Below are positions 50,665-62,368 of a DNA stretch of 64,000 nucleotides, in pieces. The translations under genes were made by a program, and so were the position numbers. The stretch's first letter is position 1; the number at the start of each line of letters is the position of its first letter. Source of the DNA: an uncultured Candidatus Actinomarina sp. GTDB lineage: Bacteria; Actinomycetota; Acidimicrobiia; Actinomarinales; Actinomarinaceae. Under the pieces are notes generated by a model. The model was not told the origin of the DNA and made no database searches. It saw only the letters and a program-made list of their open reading frames with translations. The stretch spans positions 265,534 through 329,533 of the forward strand of contig CACNFT010000001.1 of the NCBI GenBank assembly GCA_902619825.1, given 5' to 3'.

Positions 50665-51987
50665 TTAATTTTCCTTTTTGTCTAAATCAAACTTAATCTT
50701 ATTAAAGTTTGATCTCTCAATACCAAATTCCTTAAAAATTTTTTTATATCCAATCGTAAAGTTCAAAATACCAGTAGTAAATATCAAGATTGAACTTCCT
50801 ACCAATACTAAATAAACTCCGTCTTGATTGAAAACTCCATCTAAATAATTTGCAGCTGTACCAGATATCAAAAAAGAAATTAATAGTGCAAGTCTTCCAA
50901 TGGTGTAAAAGTTGCCAAAAACTCTACCTCGAAGTTCTGGATTAGTAGAAGCTTGCAAGTAACTTATAGTTAGAAGATAAACCCCACCTGTACCAATTCC
51001 AGATATGAAAATTGATAATATGATTACTACAAAATCAACTGATCTAAATGCTAAAAAAAGAGAAATTCCTGTGATTATCATACAAGAGCCTATGAGAAAA
51101 TTTATTCTATTAAAGGTTGTTACAAAATAACTAAGTGTGAGCATACTAAATATTATTCCTGTTCCGAAGGAAGCAATCATGAAACCAAATGAGCTTTCAC
51201 TAAACCCTAAATCTACGGTCAAAAATGTATGGCCTAGAATGAACAAGGTTCCTGCACCAATTAAACAAAATGAAATTGAAAAAGCAATATTTCTAATATT
51301 TTTAGTTTTAAAAAAATAGTTTATTCCTTCTTGGAAATTTTTTATGGAAAATGGAGAATAACTACTTGAGGTATTTACATTTTTATTTTTTAGGAAATAC
51401 AGTAAGTATGCAGAGACCAAAAATGTAATGGTATCGAGTAAAAAAATTATCGACCCACTCCATCCATTTCCAAATTCATTAACGACATTAAAGGTATCGA
51501 GATCGCTAAAAAAACCTAACAATAAAGAGGCTATAGGTAATGTTGCATATGTTCCAATCGCAAAAAGTGAATTTGCTTTTACAAGATTTTCAGAGTCTAT
51601 AATCTCCGGAACTACAGCCTCTCTAGATGGCTGTCTTATCAATGAAAAAATCTCTGAGAAAAAATTGATTATAAAAATAAAATATAAATTATCTGCAAAA
51701 AATAAAAATAAAACTAAGACCATCCTTGTAAGATCACAAAAAATCATAACTAATTTTTTATCAAATCTGTCAGCAATTAAACCAGCAAATGACGAAAGTA
51801 ATGCAGGAATTATCCTAGCTACCAAGGGAACAACTGCTGTTAGCTCTGAATTTCCGCTCTCTGTACCTATGTAACTCGCTAAAGCTACAGACGCAAAGAG
51901 AGTTGCCCAATCTCCAAAACTTGATATCGATCCTGACCACCACAATAATGAAAACTGAGATTTTGAAAAAATTTTTATATTATTCAT
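50665..51987 (-). CDS. MFS transporter
   Basis: 440 aa, 12 TM; first gene of the MFS-tmk-holB-MBL minus-strand operon. Confidence 0.7.
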   Translation of the reverse strand: MNNIKIFSKSQFSLLWWSGSISSFGDWATLFASVALASYIGTESGNSELTAVVPLVARIIPALLSSFAGLIADRFDKKLVMIFCDLTRMVLVLFLFFADNLYFIFIINFFSEIFSLIRQPSREAVVPEIIDSENLVKANSLFAIGTYATLPIASLLLGFFSDLDTFNVVNEFGNGWSGSIIFLLDTITFLVSAYLLYFLKNKNVNTSSSYSPFSIKNFQEGINYFFKTKNIRNIAFSISFCLIGAGTLFILGHTFLTVDLGFSESSFGFMIASFGTGIIFSMLTLSYFVTTFNRINFLIGSCMIITGISLFLAFRSVDFVVIILSIFISGIGTGGVYLLTISYLQASTNPELRGRVFGNFYTIGRLALLISFLISGTAANYLDGVFNQDGVYLVLVGSSILIFTTGILNFTIGYKKIFKEFGIERSNFNKIKFDLDKKEN

Positions 51988-52075
51988 TGTTTATATAATC
52001 ACTATAAATCGAATTTAAAATACTTTTTTTTTAAAATCCTGTACATTTAAAAAAAATGATGTTATCAATAAAGAC

Positions 52076-54760
52076 ATGTCGAAACCATTAGTAATTGTAG
52101 AGTCACCTACTAAGGTAAAAACAATTTCAAAAATTCTAGGTGATGGTTATATAGTTAAATCTAGTGTTGGACATATTAGGGATCTACCAAGAAATACAAA
52201 ATCTATACCTTCAGCATTTAAAAAAGAAGACATATTATGGGGTGCTGTCAAACCTGAGAATTATGAAAATATATATGTTATTCCAGAAGATAGAAAAAAA
52301 ATTGTAAATGAACTTAAAGGACTTGCCGACAATGCACCAGAGGTATATCTTGCAACTGACGACGATCGAGAAGGTGAAGCAATTGCTTATCATTTAAAAG
52401 AAGCATTAGAGCTGAAAAAAGAACCAAAAAGAATAAAATTCAATGAAATTACAAATACAGCAGTTTTAAATGCAATTAAAAATCCAGAAACCATTGATAT
52501 CGGTAAATTCAAATCGTATGAGGCAAGGAGAACACTTGATAGAATGATTGGCTACGAGATATCCCCAAAACTTAGAGATTTAGGTGGAGCTTTTATATCT
52601 ACAGGTAGAGTCCAAGGTCCTGCAATAAGGCTCATTGTTGAAAGAGAAGAAGAGAGGTTGAGCTTCGTAAAATCAAAATATTTTGAGATAAATGCAAGTT
52701 GTAAGAGTCAAGGTTTTGAATTTGCTGCAAATCTAAAAACAATTGGCGGAACCAAAATTGCCTCATCAAAAGACTTTGATAAAGATGGAAAGAAAATAAA
52801 TAAGGATCGAAAATATTTAGATGAAGATCAGTCTCGGGATATTGTGAATATACTTAGAAATTCTCTGGCAAAGGTATCAAATATCAAGGAATCTCAAAGA
52901 AGTGGAAAACCGCCAAAACCCTTTAAAACCACAAGCTTACAAACTTCATCAAAAAACAATTTAGGATTTCAACCAAGAAAAACTATGAGTATTGCTCAGA
53001 GACTATATCAGGAGGGTTTGATTACTTATATGAGAACGGATTCAATAAGACTTTCAGATGTTGCAATCAAAGCATCCAGGGAATACATTTCGTCAAATTT
53101 TAGTAGTGAGCACCTTCCATCTGAACCAAATTTTTATGGTGATAGCAAAAATGCTCAGGCTGCTCATGAGGCTATTAGACCATCCGGAGAGAGTTTTACA
53201 ACACCCCAAGAGCTACTTAAAAAATATAAAGAAGATAGCGATGAATTTAAACTTTATGAATTAATTTTCAACGTAACAATCGCATCCCAAATGTCCGAAG
53301 CAAGAGGCATAACAAAAACAATAGATCTTGAAGTAATAGATAATATTTTTGGATCAATAGTTCTTGGTATCTCTGGTACTACATGGACATTTGGAGGATA
53401 TAGAGATATCGCAAAAAACCTTACAGAGCAATCCCAAGAGCTTCCCGATTTGCAGAAAGGGGATAAAGTGGAAATAACAAAATCTGATTATGAGAAGAAG
53501 TACACTAATCCTCCAAATAGATACTCTTCTACATCATTAATAAATAAGCTAGAAGAGCTTGGTATAGGAAGGCCTTCAACTTATGTTTCAATTATTGAAA
53601 GTATTACATCTGTTTTTATAAATTCTGAATCAAGCCTGAAACCAAGAATTATTGCTCTTGCAATGATCAATAAATTCATGAAACCTTATTTTGACCCATA
53701 TATCAATTACAAATTTTCGAAAGAGATGGAGGACAAACTAGATGAGATATTAGAAAGCAATAGTCCAGAAGAAGCAAAAGTAAATTTTTTAAATGAATCG
53801 TATAAAAAAATTCAAGATCATGTTCGAAAATATGGAGAGCCTGATCCTGTTGGTTTAACATCTTATCCTCTTCCCTTTGATACAAGATATGTAGTTAAAA
53901 CTGGTCGAGTTCAGGACAAAATTGCATATCCATATTTACAGAGAGACGATAATTTCTATATTGGACTTCCACCAGATATAACAATTGAAGAAATAAATGA
54001 GACCTATATTAACGAACTTGAGAAATTGCAAGAAGCAAACTTACTAAAAGAAAGAAAAGTATGCGATTGTGCAGAATGCGGAACAGCAATTTATATAAAA
54101 CTTGGACCGAGTGGAGGATATTATTTCCAACATGGATTGAAAGAAAAAGGCGTAAGACAACCAAAGTGTATATACCGAAATATGATTGGACCTATTTTTG
54201 AAGATGAAGATCCAGATTCATTAAATTGTGATGATGCAATAAAAAGATTTAATCTATCGACAAAGAATCCTCGTTTTGTCTGCGAAGAAGGCGGTTGGAG
54301 TTATATGACTGCTGTAGGTCCATATGGTGGATTTGCCATAAAACAAAAAAATAGAGAGGTTTTTGATTTTGATGAATTAGCTAAAATGAAAAAAAATGAA
54401 ATACTTGAGCTAATAAGTTCAGAGAAATATCAGAGTGTTTTAAATTTAATTAATTTAAATCCGGTAAAAATTCCTAAGAGCCTTACTAAAGAATTACTTC
54501 TTGAAAAAATTAGGGAATCATTCTTAATTGACGAAAAAATTATAAAAAAACTTTCAAAAGATGAGCTTGTAAATTTAGCAAAACTACTTGAAATTGTTTT
54601 TTACAGAGGAAGGTTCCGAATGAAAGTTGATGATGCAACTAAAAATAATTTAATAAATAAAATTACGATTGAAAAAAAGAATAAGCCACTTGATACACCT
54701 CAAAAAGCCCTAACTATTCAGAGTGATGAAATATTAGATTTATTTGGAACGCAGAAATGA
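52076..54760 (+). CDS. topA: DNA topoisomerase I
   Basis: TOPRIM N-terminus VIVESPTKVKTISKILG...GHIRDLP, catalytic Tyr region, long actinobacterial-type C-terminal domain; 894 aa. Confidence 0.93.
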   Translation: MSKPLVIVESPTKVKTISKILGDGYIVKSSVGHIRDLPRNTKSIPSAFKKEDILWGAVKPENYENIYVIPEDRKKIVNELKGLADNAPEVYLATDDDREGEAIAYHLKEALELKKEPKRIKFNEITNTAVLNAIKNPETIDIGKFKSYEARRTLDRMIGYEISPKLRDLGGAFISTGRVQGPAIRLIVEREEERLSFVKSKYFEINASCKSQGFEFAANLKTIGGTKIASSKDFDKDGKKINKDRKYLDEDQSRDIVNILRNSLAKVSNIKESQRSGKPPKPFKTTSLQTSSKNNLGFQPRKTMSIAQRLYQEGLITYMRTDSIRLSDVAIKASREYISSNFSSEHLPSEPNFYGDSKNAQAAHEAIRPSGESFTTPQELLKKYKEDSDEFKLYELIFNVTIASQMSEARGITKTIDLEVIDNIFGSIVLGISGTTWTFGGYRDIAKNLTEQSQELPDLQKGDKVEITKSDYEKKYTNPPNRYSSTSLINKLEELGIGRPSTYVSIIESITSVFINSESSLKPRIIALAMINKFMKPYFDPYINYKFSKEMEDKLDEILESNSPEEAKVNFLNESYKKIQDHVRKYGEPDPVGLTSYPLPFDTRYVVKTGRVQDKIAYPYLQRDDNFYIGLPPDITIEEINETYINELEKLQEANLLKERKVCDCAECGTAIYIKLGPSGGYYFQHGLKEKGVRQPKCIYRNMIGPIFEDEDPDSLNCDDAIKRFNLSTKNPRFVCEEGGWSYMTAVGPYGGFAIKQKNREVFDFDELAKMKKNEILELISSEKYQSVLNLINLNPVKIPKSLTKELLLEKIRESFLIDEKIIKKLSKDELVNLAKLLEIVFYRGRFRMKVDDATKNNLINKITIEKKNKPLDTPQKALTIQSDEILDLFGTQK

Positions 54761-54761
54761 T

Positions 54762-55841
54762 CTACTTTATAGATTCAATATTTGATTCAAGATTCATTAT
54801 TAGTTTTTCCCAACTGTAAAACTCTTCAACAAATTTTCTTCCATTCAATCCAAATTCTTGAATTTTTTCAGGATTATTTAAAAAGTATAAAATAGATTCC
54901 TTAAGTATATTTTTGTCACCTGCAACGAAGCCTGTTTTTCCAGGAATAATTGTTTCTATAGCTCCTCCTGAAGCACCAACAATTACAGGAAGACCATAGC
55001 TTGCAGCCTCTAAATAAACTAAACCTAGACCCTCAAACTCAACTCCAAAATATTTAGATTTTGAGGGCATGGCAAATAAGTTAATTGATCTATAAAAATC
55101 ATCAACATCTTTCTCAGTTTCATCTTTTATAAATGTCACGTTTACTGCAGAGACCGATGAAAGTTTTTTAAGATAGTTTTCCTGTTTTCCAAATCCAAGA
55201 ATTTTTAACTCTATTGGTAAGCCTTCCTCTTTTAAATCATGAGCTACATCTATTAACCAGCTTATTTTTTTTCTAGATACTAATCTGCTGACAACTCCTA
55301 TTGTTAAAGGCACATTGTTTTCATAATTATTTTCATAATTTGGAATTTCAATCCCTGCACCAATATTTATTATCTCTGTATCGGTAATATCGGATAGTTT
55401 TTTTCTTGAAAATTCACTTACAGTAAAAATCGTGTTCAAATTATCTAGATTTCTAGAAAGTAGATTTCTAACTAAAGGGATATAATTTAATACATTAAAC
55501 TCTGCGCCATGACAAATCATGTATTGTGGTATCTTCACATTTTTAGGAGAATTTGGAACATTGAGGGTATTTAGTTTATTTACAAATAAAAAATTTGGAT
55601 TACTGGATCCATGTAATATGATATCTATCTGATTGTTATTAACTATTTTTTGAATATCTTCAAAAACTTTACGAGGATTAATTATGAAGGTGTCTTCGGC
55701 TGGATACGCATCATCTCCTTCAATCCAACTTGGTCCATAAATAATAAACTTATGATCTAAATTATTAACAAGGCTTCGAAGGTATGTAGAGATACCACCT
55801 GTTTTTGGTTTCCAATCGTTAGTAATTAATAGAATATTCAT
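54762..55841 (-). CDS. Glycosyltransferase family 4 (GT-B fold)
   Basis: C-terminal GT4 motif region (PSKSKYFGVEFEGLGLVYLEAASYGLPVI, E-x7-E); 359 aa. Confidence 0.7.
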   Translation of the reverse strand: MNILLITNDWKPKTGGISTYLRSLVNNLDHKFIIYGPSWIEGDDAYPAEDTFIINPRKVFEDIQKIVNNNQIDIILHGSSNPNFLFVNKLNTLNVPNSPKNVKIPQYMICHGAEFNVLNYIPLVRNLLSRNLDNLNTIFTVSEFSRKKLSDITDTEIINIGAGIEIPNYENNYENNVPLTIGVVSRLVSRKKISWLIDVAHDLKEEGLPIELKILGFGKQENYLKKLSSVSAVNVTFIKDETEKDVDDFYRSINLFAMPSKSKYFGVEFEGLGLVYLEAASYGLPVIVGASGGAIETIIPGKTGFVAGDKNILKESILYFLNNPEKIQEFGLNGRKFVEEFYSWEKLIMNLESNIESIK

Positions 55842-55869
55842 TAATTAGTTTTGTTTTAAATTAATTTTA

Positions 55870-57927
55870 TCAAAACGCAGATGCGAATATAAGGCTTACG
55901 ATTGTCATTACTTTAATGACAATATTCATAGCTGGACCAGAAGTATCTTTAAATGGATCTCCAATTGTGTCACCTATAACGGCAGCTTTATGCTCATCTG
56001 AACCTTTACCGGCACCTCCACCTGCCTCAATATATTTTTTTGCATTATCCCATGCGCCACCTGAGTTGGCCATGAATATTGCAAGCAAAAATCCTGTTAC
56101 AAGTGCTCCAGCAAGAAATCCTCCCAGTGCTTCTTTATTCCAAAATCCTATTACTAAAGGCAAAACAATTGCTAGTCCGCCAGGTAGTAACATTTCTCTT
56201 AGTGCAGCTGTTGTAGCAATATCAACACACTCTTCATACTCTGGAACAACACCTTCTTTACCTTCTCTTAAGCCAGGTATCTCTCTAAATTGTCTTCTTA
56301 CTTCTTCAATCATCTTAAATGCAGCTCTTCCAACAGCATTTATTGTCATTGCTGCAAATAAAAATGGAAACATACCTCCCAAGAACAAGCCAAGAGTCAC
56401 TTCGACTTTTGTAATATTTAATCCAGACTCGGCTAAACCAGCACTCTGAACAAAAGCAGAAAATAAAGCTAAAGCTGTTACAGCAGCTGAGCCAATTGCA
56501 AATCCTTTTGCGATAGCTGCAGTAGTGTTTCCTAGAGAATCCAATTCATCTGTAGCTTTTCTTACCTCAGGATCTAAATGAGCCATTTCTGCAATACCAC
56601 CAGCATTATCAGCTATTGGGCCGTAAGCATCAACAGCAACAGTAATACCTAATGTTGCCAAAACTCCAATAGCTGCCACAGCGACCCCATAAATACCGCC
56701 GCCAGCCCCTAAAGCCCAATCACCTGCGGTGTAAGCACCAAAGACACCAAAAACTACAACAATAACTGAAAAAGCGGCAGATCTCATTCCTTCTGAAATT
56801 CCAGAAAGAACAAGGGTTGCAGGACCTGTCTTAGCTTGATCGGCAATACTCTTAACGATTGAATGATGATCTGATGTGAACCATTCTGAAATCTGACCAA
56901 CAGTTATTCCAACTAATAATCCAATGATTACTGAAATAAATAGACCAATAGGATTTTCAGAGTAATCGGCAAACATTGTATTAGAAAGAAAAAATACACC
57001 TCCTGCTGTCAAAGCTGCAGCTGAATAAGTTCCTCTGTGTAGTGCTTGTGCTAACTTTCCCTTTTGAGGGACGACAAGAAATGAGGAAACTATGGAAGCT
57101 AACATTCCTATAGTTCCTACAGCAAGTGGAAAAAATAAGAGAGAAGGCAATGCTTCCGAATTAGCAAATACGATTGCGGCATATGCTAATGGTGCAACAA
57201 GAGATCCGACATAACTTTCAAACAAATCTGCTCCCATACCAGCGACATCGCCAACATTATCACCTACATTGTCTGCAATTGTTGCTGGATTTCTAGGGTC
57301 ATCTTCAGGAATACCAGCTTCAACTTTACCAACTAAATCAGCGCCAACATCCGCAGCTTTTGTATAAATTCCTCCACCTACTCTTGCAAAAAGAGCTATC
57401 GAAGAACCTCCTAGTCCTATTGCTGCCAAAATATCATAGGCGTTTTCAAGTTCTAGGAGTTCAACAAAAATCCAATATCCAAGACCTACTCCTAACAGTC
57501 CTAAACCAGCAACTGAGAAACCCATTACGGCTCCTCCTCTAAATGCAACTGGCAAAGCTTTTAATGTTCCACCGTCTCTTGCAGCCTCAGTTGTTCTGCC
57601 ATTTGCAGCTGTTGCTATTCTCATTCCAATAAATCCAGCTAAAGAAGAAAATGCTGCACCACCAATAAATGATACTGACCCCCAAACACCAAGGTCAGTA
57701 AGAGTAGGAATCAAGATAGCTAAGACTAAAACAAAAATACTAATCCAAGAATATTGTCTTTTTAAAAAAGCCATTGAGCCTTTTCTTATAGCATCTGATA
57801 GATTACTTACTTTTTCATCAGAAACGTTTATAGCTAAAATTCTGTTTGCAAAATAGGCTGCTAAAACTAAACCTAAAATAGCAGCAAATATAGAGCCCTG
57901 ATAATTTAAAAGCATTAATTCCCCCAA
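55870..57927 (-). CDS. hppA: Membrane-bound proton-translocating pyrophosphatase (H+-PPase)
   Basis: GDNVGDNVGDVAGMGADLFESY signature, ~16 TM helices; 685 aa. Confidence 0.92.
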   Translation of the reverse strand: MGELMLLNYQGSIFAAILGLVLAAYFANRILAINVSDEKVSNLSDAIRKGSMAFLKRQYSWISIFVLVLAILIPTLTDLGVWGSVSFIGGAAFSSLAGFIGMRIATAANGRTTEAARDGGTLKALPVAFRGGAVMGFSVAGLGLLGVGLGYWIFVELLELENAYDILAAIGLGGSSIALFARVGGGIYTKAADVGADLVGKVEAGIPEDDPRNPATIADNVGDNVGDVAGMGADLFESYVGSLVAPLAYAAIVFANSEALPSLLFFPLAVGTIGMLASIVSSFLVVPQKGKLAQALHRGTYSAAALTAGGVFFLSNTMFADYSENPIGLFISVIIGLLVGITVGQISEWFTSDHHSIVKSIADQAKTGPATLVLSGISEGMRSAAFSVIVVVFGVFGAYTAGDWALGAGGGIYGVAVAAIGVLATLGITVAVDAYGPIADNAGGIAEMAHLDPEVRKATDELDSLGNTTAAIAKGFAIGSAAVTALALFSAFVQSAGLAESGLNITKVEVTLGLFLGGMFPFLFAAMTINAVGRAAFKMIEEVRRQFREIPGLREGKEGVVPEYEECVDIATTAALREMLLPGGLAIVLPLVIGFWNKEALGGFLAGALVTGFLLAIFMANSGGAWDNAKKYIEAGGGAGKGSDEHKAAVIGDTIGDPFKDTSGPAMNIVIKVMTIVSLIFASAF

Positions 57928-57972
57928 TTAGTGAATAAATATATATTAATTATATTAATTTTTTTTATCTTC

Positions 57973-59199
57973 TTATTCTACAACAGGTGTTTCGAACCTT
58001 TGATCATCATCTCTTTCAGAAAGAGGTACCTTTTGTAAAATCCTATTTAGTAGAATTGGTGCAATAACCGTTGTTACAATCACCATCCAAATAATTATTG
58101 AAATAATATCTTCTGTGATTATTGATGATAAAGTTGTAGTTGCAACAGCGACGAAAATCAACCCTACTTCGCCTCTTGGTGACATGCCAATCCCAATTAA
58201 AGAAGTGTTAAAACCTTTACCCATAGCACCAAGTGCTGAAACATATTTTCCAACGAATGCTAACAAGCTTACTAACATTCCATACAAAAATACTTCGGGT
58301 GAGGCCAGCGTTTGGATGTTAACTTCAGAACCAATATAAACAAAAAATATTGGTACTAACAAAAAGTTCAGTGGCTTCATTTCACTTCTAATTCTTTTGG
58401 TCATTTTTGACTCAGCAGCAATTACACCTCCAGCGAATGCACCTACAATTGGATGAAGACCCACAAAATGTGCAGCTGCGCCTAACAACATAGCAAAAAT
58501 AAAACTTCCAGTTATGAATGTTCCAGGTGAAGGAATTTTTACGAAAAAGTTGAAAATGATTGGCGATAACTTCCTTCCAAGTATTACAACGACAATTAAA
58601 AATCCAAGGGCTTTGCCAGTGATTATAGCTAAATCAACTAATGCAAATTCTTCAGTGCTACCAAGTAGACCGGCAACAACAGTCAAAATTAGAAGACCAA
58701 GTATGTCGTCGACAACCGCTGCGCCAATAATTGTTTTTGCTTCTTTGGACTTCAGTGCTCCCAAATCACCAAAGACTCTTGCTGTAATCCCAACTGAAGT
58801 AGCAGTCATGGCTGCTCCGACAAAAAGTGCAATTTCAAATTGATTATCTCCTCCAAGACCAAGTGCATAAATTGCACCATATCCCAATGCAAAAGGTGCT
58901 ACAACACCAATTAATGCAACAAGAATTGAAGTTGAACCAAGCTCTACAAACTCTTCTAGATTAGTCTCAAGCCCAACTTCAAATAATAAAAGTACTACAC
59001 CTATTTCAGCCAAAGTAGATACAACATCTCCTTTTTCAAAGTGTGGAAGAAGGCCTAGTCCGTAATAACCAATGATTATTCCAACGATAAGTTCACCTAT
59101 AACAGCAGGTTGATTGATTCTCCTCATTAATTCAGCACCGATTTTTGCTGCTACTAAAATAATTGCAATTTCGAGAAATTTTTCAATAATTGTTTCCAT
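57973..59199 (-). CDS. Cation:proton antiporter (CPA2 / Kef-NapA type, no RCK domain)
   Basis: 408 aa, 12-13 TM helices, glycine-rich crossover helices (GAFAGGV). Confidence 0.75.
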   Translation of the reverse strand: METIIEKFLEIAIILVAAKIGAELMRRINQPAVIGELIVGIIIGYYGLGLLPHFEKGDVVSTLAEIGVVLLLFEVGLETNLEEFVELGSTSILVALIGVVAPFALGYGAIYALGLGGDNQFEIALFVGAAMTATSVGITARVFGDLGALKSKEAKTIIGAAVVDDILGLLILTVVAGLLGSTEEFALVDLAIITGKALGFLIVVVILGRKLSPIIFNFFVKIPSPGTFITGSFIFAMLLGAAAHFVGLHPIVGAFAGGVIAAESKMTKRIRSEMKPLNFLLVPIFFVYIGSEVNIQTLASPEVFLYGMLVSLLAFVGKYVSALGAMGKGFNTSLIGIGMSPRGEVGLIFVAVATTTLSSIITEDIISIIIWMVIVTTVIAPILLNRILQKVPLSERDDDQRFETPVVE

Positions 59200-59291
59200 G
59201 TTGACCTATTTTAAATATATATAAATTAAATGATAATGATTAAAACAACTCTATTAATTTATAAAAAAAAATAATATAATTTGTAGTTAAT

Positions 59292-60689
59292 ATGGGAAAA
59301 ACTTTATTTGATAAAATCTGGGATAATCACCTAGTTACATCTCTTGATGAGAGTACAAATTTAATATTTATTGATTTGCATCTTGTCCATGAAGTCACGT
59401 CACCTCAGGCTTTTGATAGTCTCCGAATTTCTAATCGAAAAGTAAAATATCCTGAATTGACTTTAGCAACAGTTGATCATGGTGTCCCAACATCCAACAG
59501 ACTATTGGGAATAAAAGATCCTCTTTCAAAAGTTCAAATTGAAGCACTGGAAAAAAATTGCGAGGAATTTGGAGTCACTCTTTTTGGAATTAATGATCCC
59601 CGTCAAGGAATCGTTCACGTTATAGGACCTGAACAAGGGATTACTCAACCTGGAATGACTATTGTGTGTGGAGATAGCCATACAGCAACACATGGTGCAT
59701 TCGGAGCCCTAGCATTTGGAATTGGCACTTCAGAGGTTGAACATGTTCTAGCTACTCAGACTTTAGCAATGGAAAAGCCAAAAACAATGAAAGTTGAAGT
59801 TATTGGAAACGTATCAGATGGAGTTGGCCCTAAAGATATTATTTTAGGCATCATCAGAAAAATTGGAACTGGAGGAGGAGCCGGTCATGTTATTGAATAT
59901 GTGGGTGATGTTATAAAAAACATGAGTATGGAGAATAGAATGACAATTTGTAATATGTCAATCGAGGGTGGAGCAAGAGCAGGAATGATTGCTCCAGATG
60001 AAACTACTTTCAATTATTTAAAAGATAAAAATTATGCTCCTAAAGACTCTGATTGGAATGATGCAATAAATGAGTGGGATGAACTTTTTTCTGATGATGA
60101 TGCTACTTTTGATAAAGTTGTAACAATAAATGCTGGTGAGCTTGAACCATCAGTATCTTGGGGTACAAATCCATCACAAGTTATATTTATTAATGACAAA
60201 ATTCCTCATCCTGATAATTTTCAAGATGAATCAGATAAAGAAGCAGCAATTAGAGCTTTAGAATACATGGATTTAGAGCCTGGAATAAAAATTAATGAAA
60301 TCAATTTAGATAGAGTTTTTATAGGCAGTTGTACCAATGGTCGTATTGAAGATTTAAGAGAGGCGGCCCAGGTAGTTAAGGGCAAAAAAGTTGCAAAAAC
60401 TGTCGGTGCTATGGTTGTTCCTGGATCAACACTTGTAAAGAATCAGGCTGAAGAGGAAGGATTAGACAAAATTTTTATTGATGCAGGCTTTGATTGGAGA
60501 GAAGCAGGTTGTTCAATGTGTCTGGGTATGAATCCGGATATATTAAGTCCAGGTGAACGCTGTGCTTCTACTTCAAATAGGAACTATGAAGGAAGACAAG
60601 GAGCTGGGGGAAGAACACATTTAGTAAGTCCAAAAATGGCTGCAGCTGCTGCAATCCATGGAAAATTTGTAGACATAAGGGATTTATAA
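59292..60689 (+). CDS. leuC: 3-isopropylmalate dehydratase large subunit
   Basis: Aconitase-family Fe-S ligand cysteines ([33 protein letters not shown]); 465 aa. Confidence 0.92.
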   Translation: MGKTLFDKIWDNHLVTSLDESTNLIFIDLHLVHEVTSPQAFDSLRISNRKVKYPELTLATVDHGVPTSNRLLGIKDPLSKVQIEALEKNCEEFGVTLFGINDPRQGIVHVIGPEQGITQPGMTIVCGDSHTATHGAFGALAFGIGTSEVEHVLATQTLAMEKPKTMKVEVIGNVSDGVGPKDIILGIIRKIGTGGGAGHVIEYVGDVIKNMSMENRMTICNMSIEGGARAGMIAPDETTFNYLKDKNYAPKDSDWNDAINEWDELFSDDDATFDKVVTINAGELEPSVSWGTNPSQVIFINDKIPHPDNFQDESDKEAAIRALEYMDLEPGIKINEINLDRVFIGSCTNGRIEDLREAAQVVKGKKVAKTVGAMVVPGSTLVKNQAEEEGLDKIFIDAGFDWREAGCSMCLGMNPDILSPGERCASTSNRNYEGRQGAGGRTHLVSPKMAAAAAIHGKFVDIRDL

Positions 60690-60690
60690 A

Positions 60691-61278
60691 ATGAAAAAAC
60701 TTAATCTAATAAATTCAACAATGCTTCCTTTAAAAATGTCAAATGTTGATACTGATCAAATCATGCCGAAGCAATTTCTTAAACGCGTGGAGAGATCTGG
60801 TTATGGTGAATTTTTGTTTTATGACTGGAAAAAAGATCCAGATTTTTCATTAAATAAAAAAGAACATCAAGGAGCAAAAGTTTTAATTGCGGGTGATAAT
60901 TTTGGAACTGGTTCTTCTCGAGAACACGCCCCTTGGGGACTCCAAGATTGGGGGTTTGATGCCATTATTTCAACAAAATTTGCAGATATATTCAAATTAA
61001 ATTCTATAAATATTGGCCTTGTGCCAATTGAAACATCTTCAGAAAATGTTGAGGCTCTTTTTAACAAGATTGAAAATAATCCGAATACAAACATATATAT
61101 CTCTATTGAGGAAAAGTCTGTTAAATGTGAAGAGATTGAGTTTACGTTTGATCTTGATGGCTTTTCTCAAAATAGAATTTTAGAAGGACTTGATAAAATC
61201 GATATTACTCTCGAATATATAAATGATATTGAGAACTTTAGTAAATCAAGAAAAGATTGGAAGCCTAAACTAACTTAG
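60691..61278 (+). CDS. leuD: 3-isopropylmalate dehydratase small subunit
   Basis: 195 aa aconitase swivel domain (GDNFGTGSSREHAPW); 1-nt spacing to leuC. Confidence 0.9.
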   Translation: MKKLNLINSTMLPLKMSNVDTDQIMPKQFLKRVERSGYGEFLFYDWKKDPDFSLNKKEHQGAKVLIAGDNFGTGSSREHAPWGLQDWGFDAIISTKFADIFKLNSINIGLVPIETSSENVEALFNKIENNPNTNIYISIEEKSVKCEEIEFTFDLDGFSQNRILEGLDKIDITLEYINDIENFSKSRKDWKPKLT

Positions 61279-62368
61279 TTACTGGCAAACTTAAACTATC
61301 TCCAACCTCAACAGATAACAACATTCCATTGTGTATCTGCAATGAAGGTCTTAAATTTGGATTACTTTTATATTTTTCAAACCAATCCTCTGTAAGTAAA
61401 TCATCTATATAATTTTGCAAGATTGTAGAAAGTTCTATTGAGGATGTTTTTGGAACTGCCCCTGGCAAGTTTGCAATTGCTGAAACTATTACCCCATTTC
61501 TTATTTCAAATGGTTCACTATGTGTATTTGGTTTTACATTTTCTACACACCCTCCTTGATCAATTGCAACATCAATGATGACGGTGCCTTTTTCCATTTG
61601 ATCAATATCTTCTTCCATAATTACAATAGGCGGCTTTCTTCCTGGCAATAGTACAGCTCCCAAAACAAGATCTGCAGATCTAACTGCCATTTTTGCCTCT
61701 TCACTCCCACCAATTATTGTTGTTATTTTATCTTCGTATTTATTTTTTAGTTCTGTCAAAGTTTCCTTATTTAAATCAATTGCAACGACAGAGGCTCCAA
61801 TTTGAATCGCTTTATCAATTGATGCTTTACCTACTTCACCACAACCAATAACAACTACCTTTGAATTGCTTTCATCTGAAATTGAAGATAATAACAGCCC
61901 TTTACCTTGTGAAGAATATTCTAAGAATTGCATTCCTTTTTGAATTGCTAGATTTCCAGCTATTTTGGACATAGGTATCAATAAAGGGTACTTATTTCCA
62001 TCCATGATCATTTCAGTAGCAATAGCCGTTAACTTTTTTTCTAAGAGCTTTTTTGTCATTGACAAATTTGATGCTAAATGTAAATATCCAAATAAAACAT
62101 GAGATTGTTTTAAGAGATCAAATTCTTGTTCTTGTGGTTCTTTCACTTTGCAAATAATTTCTGAAGATTCATATAATTCTTGAGCTGAGAATAGTATTTT
62201 TGCACCCGCAGATTCGTAATCTTTATCTGAAAACCCAGAGCCTTGACCAGCACCTGATTCAACAAATATATCAGCAAGGCCAGTAAATTGTGTTATGTGC
62301 TCAGGTATTAACGCTACCCTTCCCTCATCTTGTTTTATTTCTTTGGGTATACCAAGTTTTTTAATCAT
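61265..62368 (-). CDS. ald: Alanine dehydrogenase
   Basis: N-terminal GIPKEIKQDEGRVALIPE, Rossmann VVIGCGEVG; 367 aa. Confidence 0.88.
   Translation of the reverse strand: MIKKLGIPKEIKQDEGRVALIPEHITQFTGLADIFVESGAGQGSGFSDKDYESAGAKILFSAQELYESSEIICKVKEPQEQEFDLLKQSHVLFGYLHLASNLSMTKKLLEKKLTAIATEMIMDGNKYPLLIPMSKIAGNLAIQKGMQFLEYSSQGKGLLLSSISDESNSKVVVIGCGEVGKASIDKAIQIGASVVAIDLNKETLTELKNKYEDKITTIIGGSEEAKMAVRSADLVLGAVLLPGRKPPIVIMEEDIDQMEKGTVIIDVAIDQGGCVENVKPNTHSEPFEIRNGVIVSAIANLPGAVPKTSSIELSTILQNYIDDLLTEDWFEKYKSNPNLRPSLQIHNGMLLSVEVGDSLSLPVTKLV

Noticed and set aside
57928-57972. Tandem ATATTAATT-ATATTAATT upstream of hppA
   Set aside because: Only two 9-nt AT-only copies in a 45-bp AT-rich spacer; most likely promoter A/T tract rather than a meaningful repeat.
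2790-58843. Numerous 60-180-aa ORFs on the strand opposite well-supported genes (e.g. 2790..3032, 3556..3849, 16493..16885, 32179..32562, 55916..56449, 58514..58843)
   Set aside because: All lie antisense within conserved housekeeping genes and have low-complexity or Ser/Pro/Ala-rich translations typical of mirror frames in AT-rich or Ala-rich coding DNA; no RBS or motif support.
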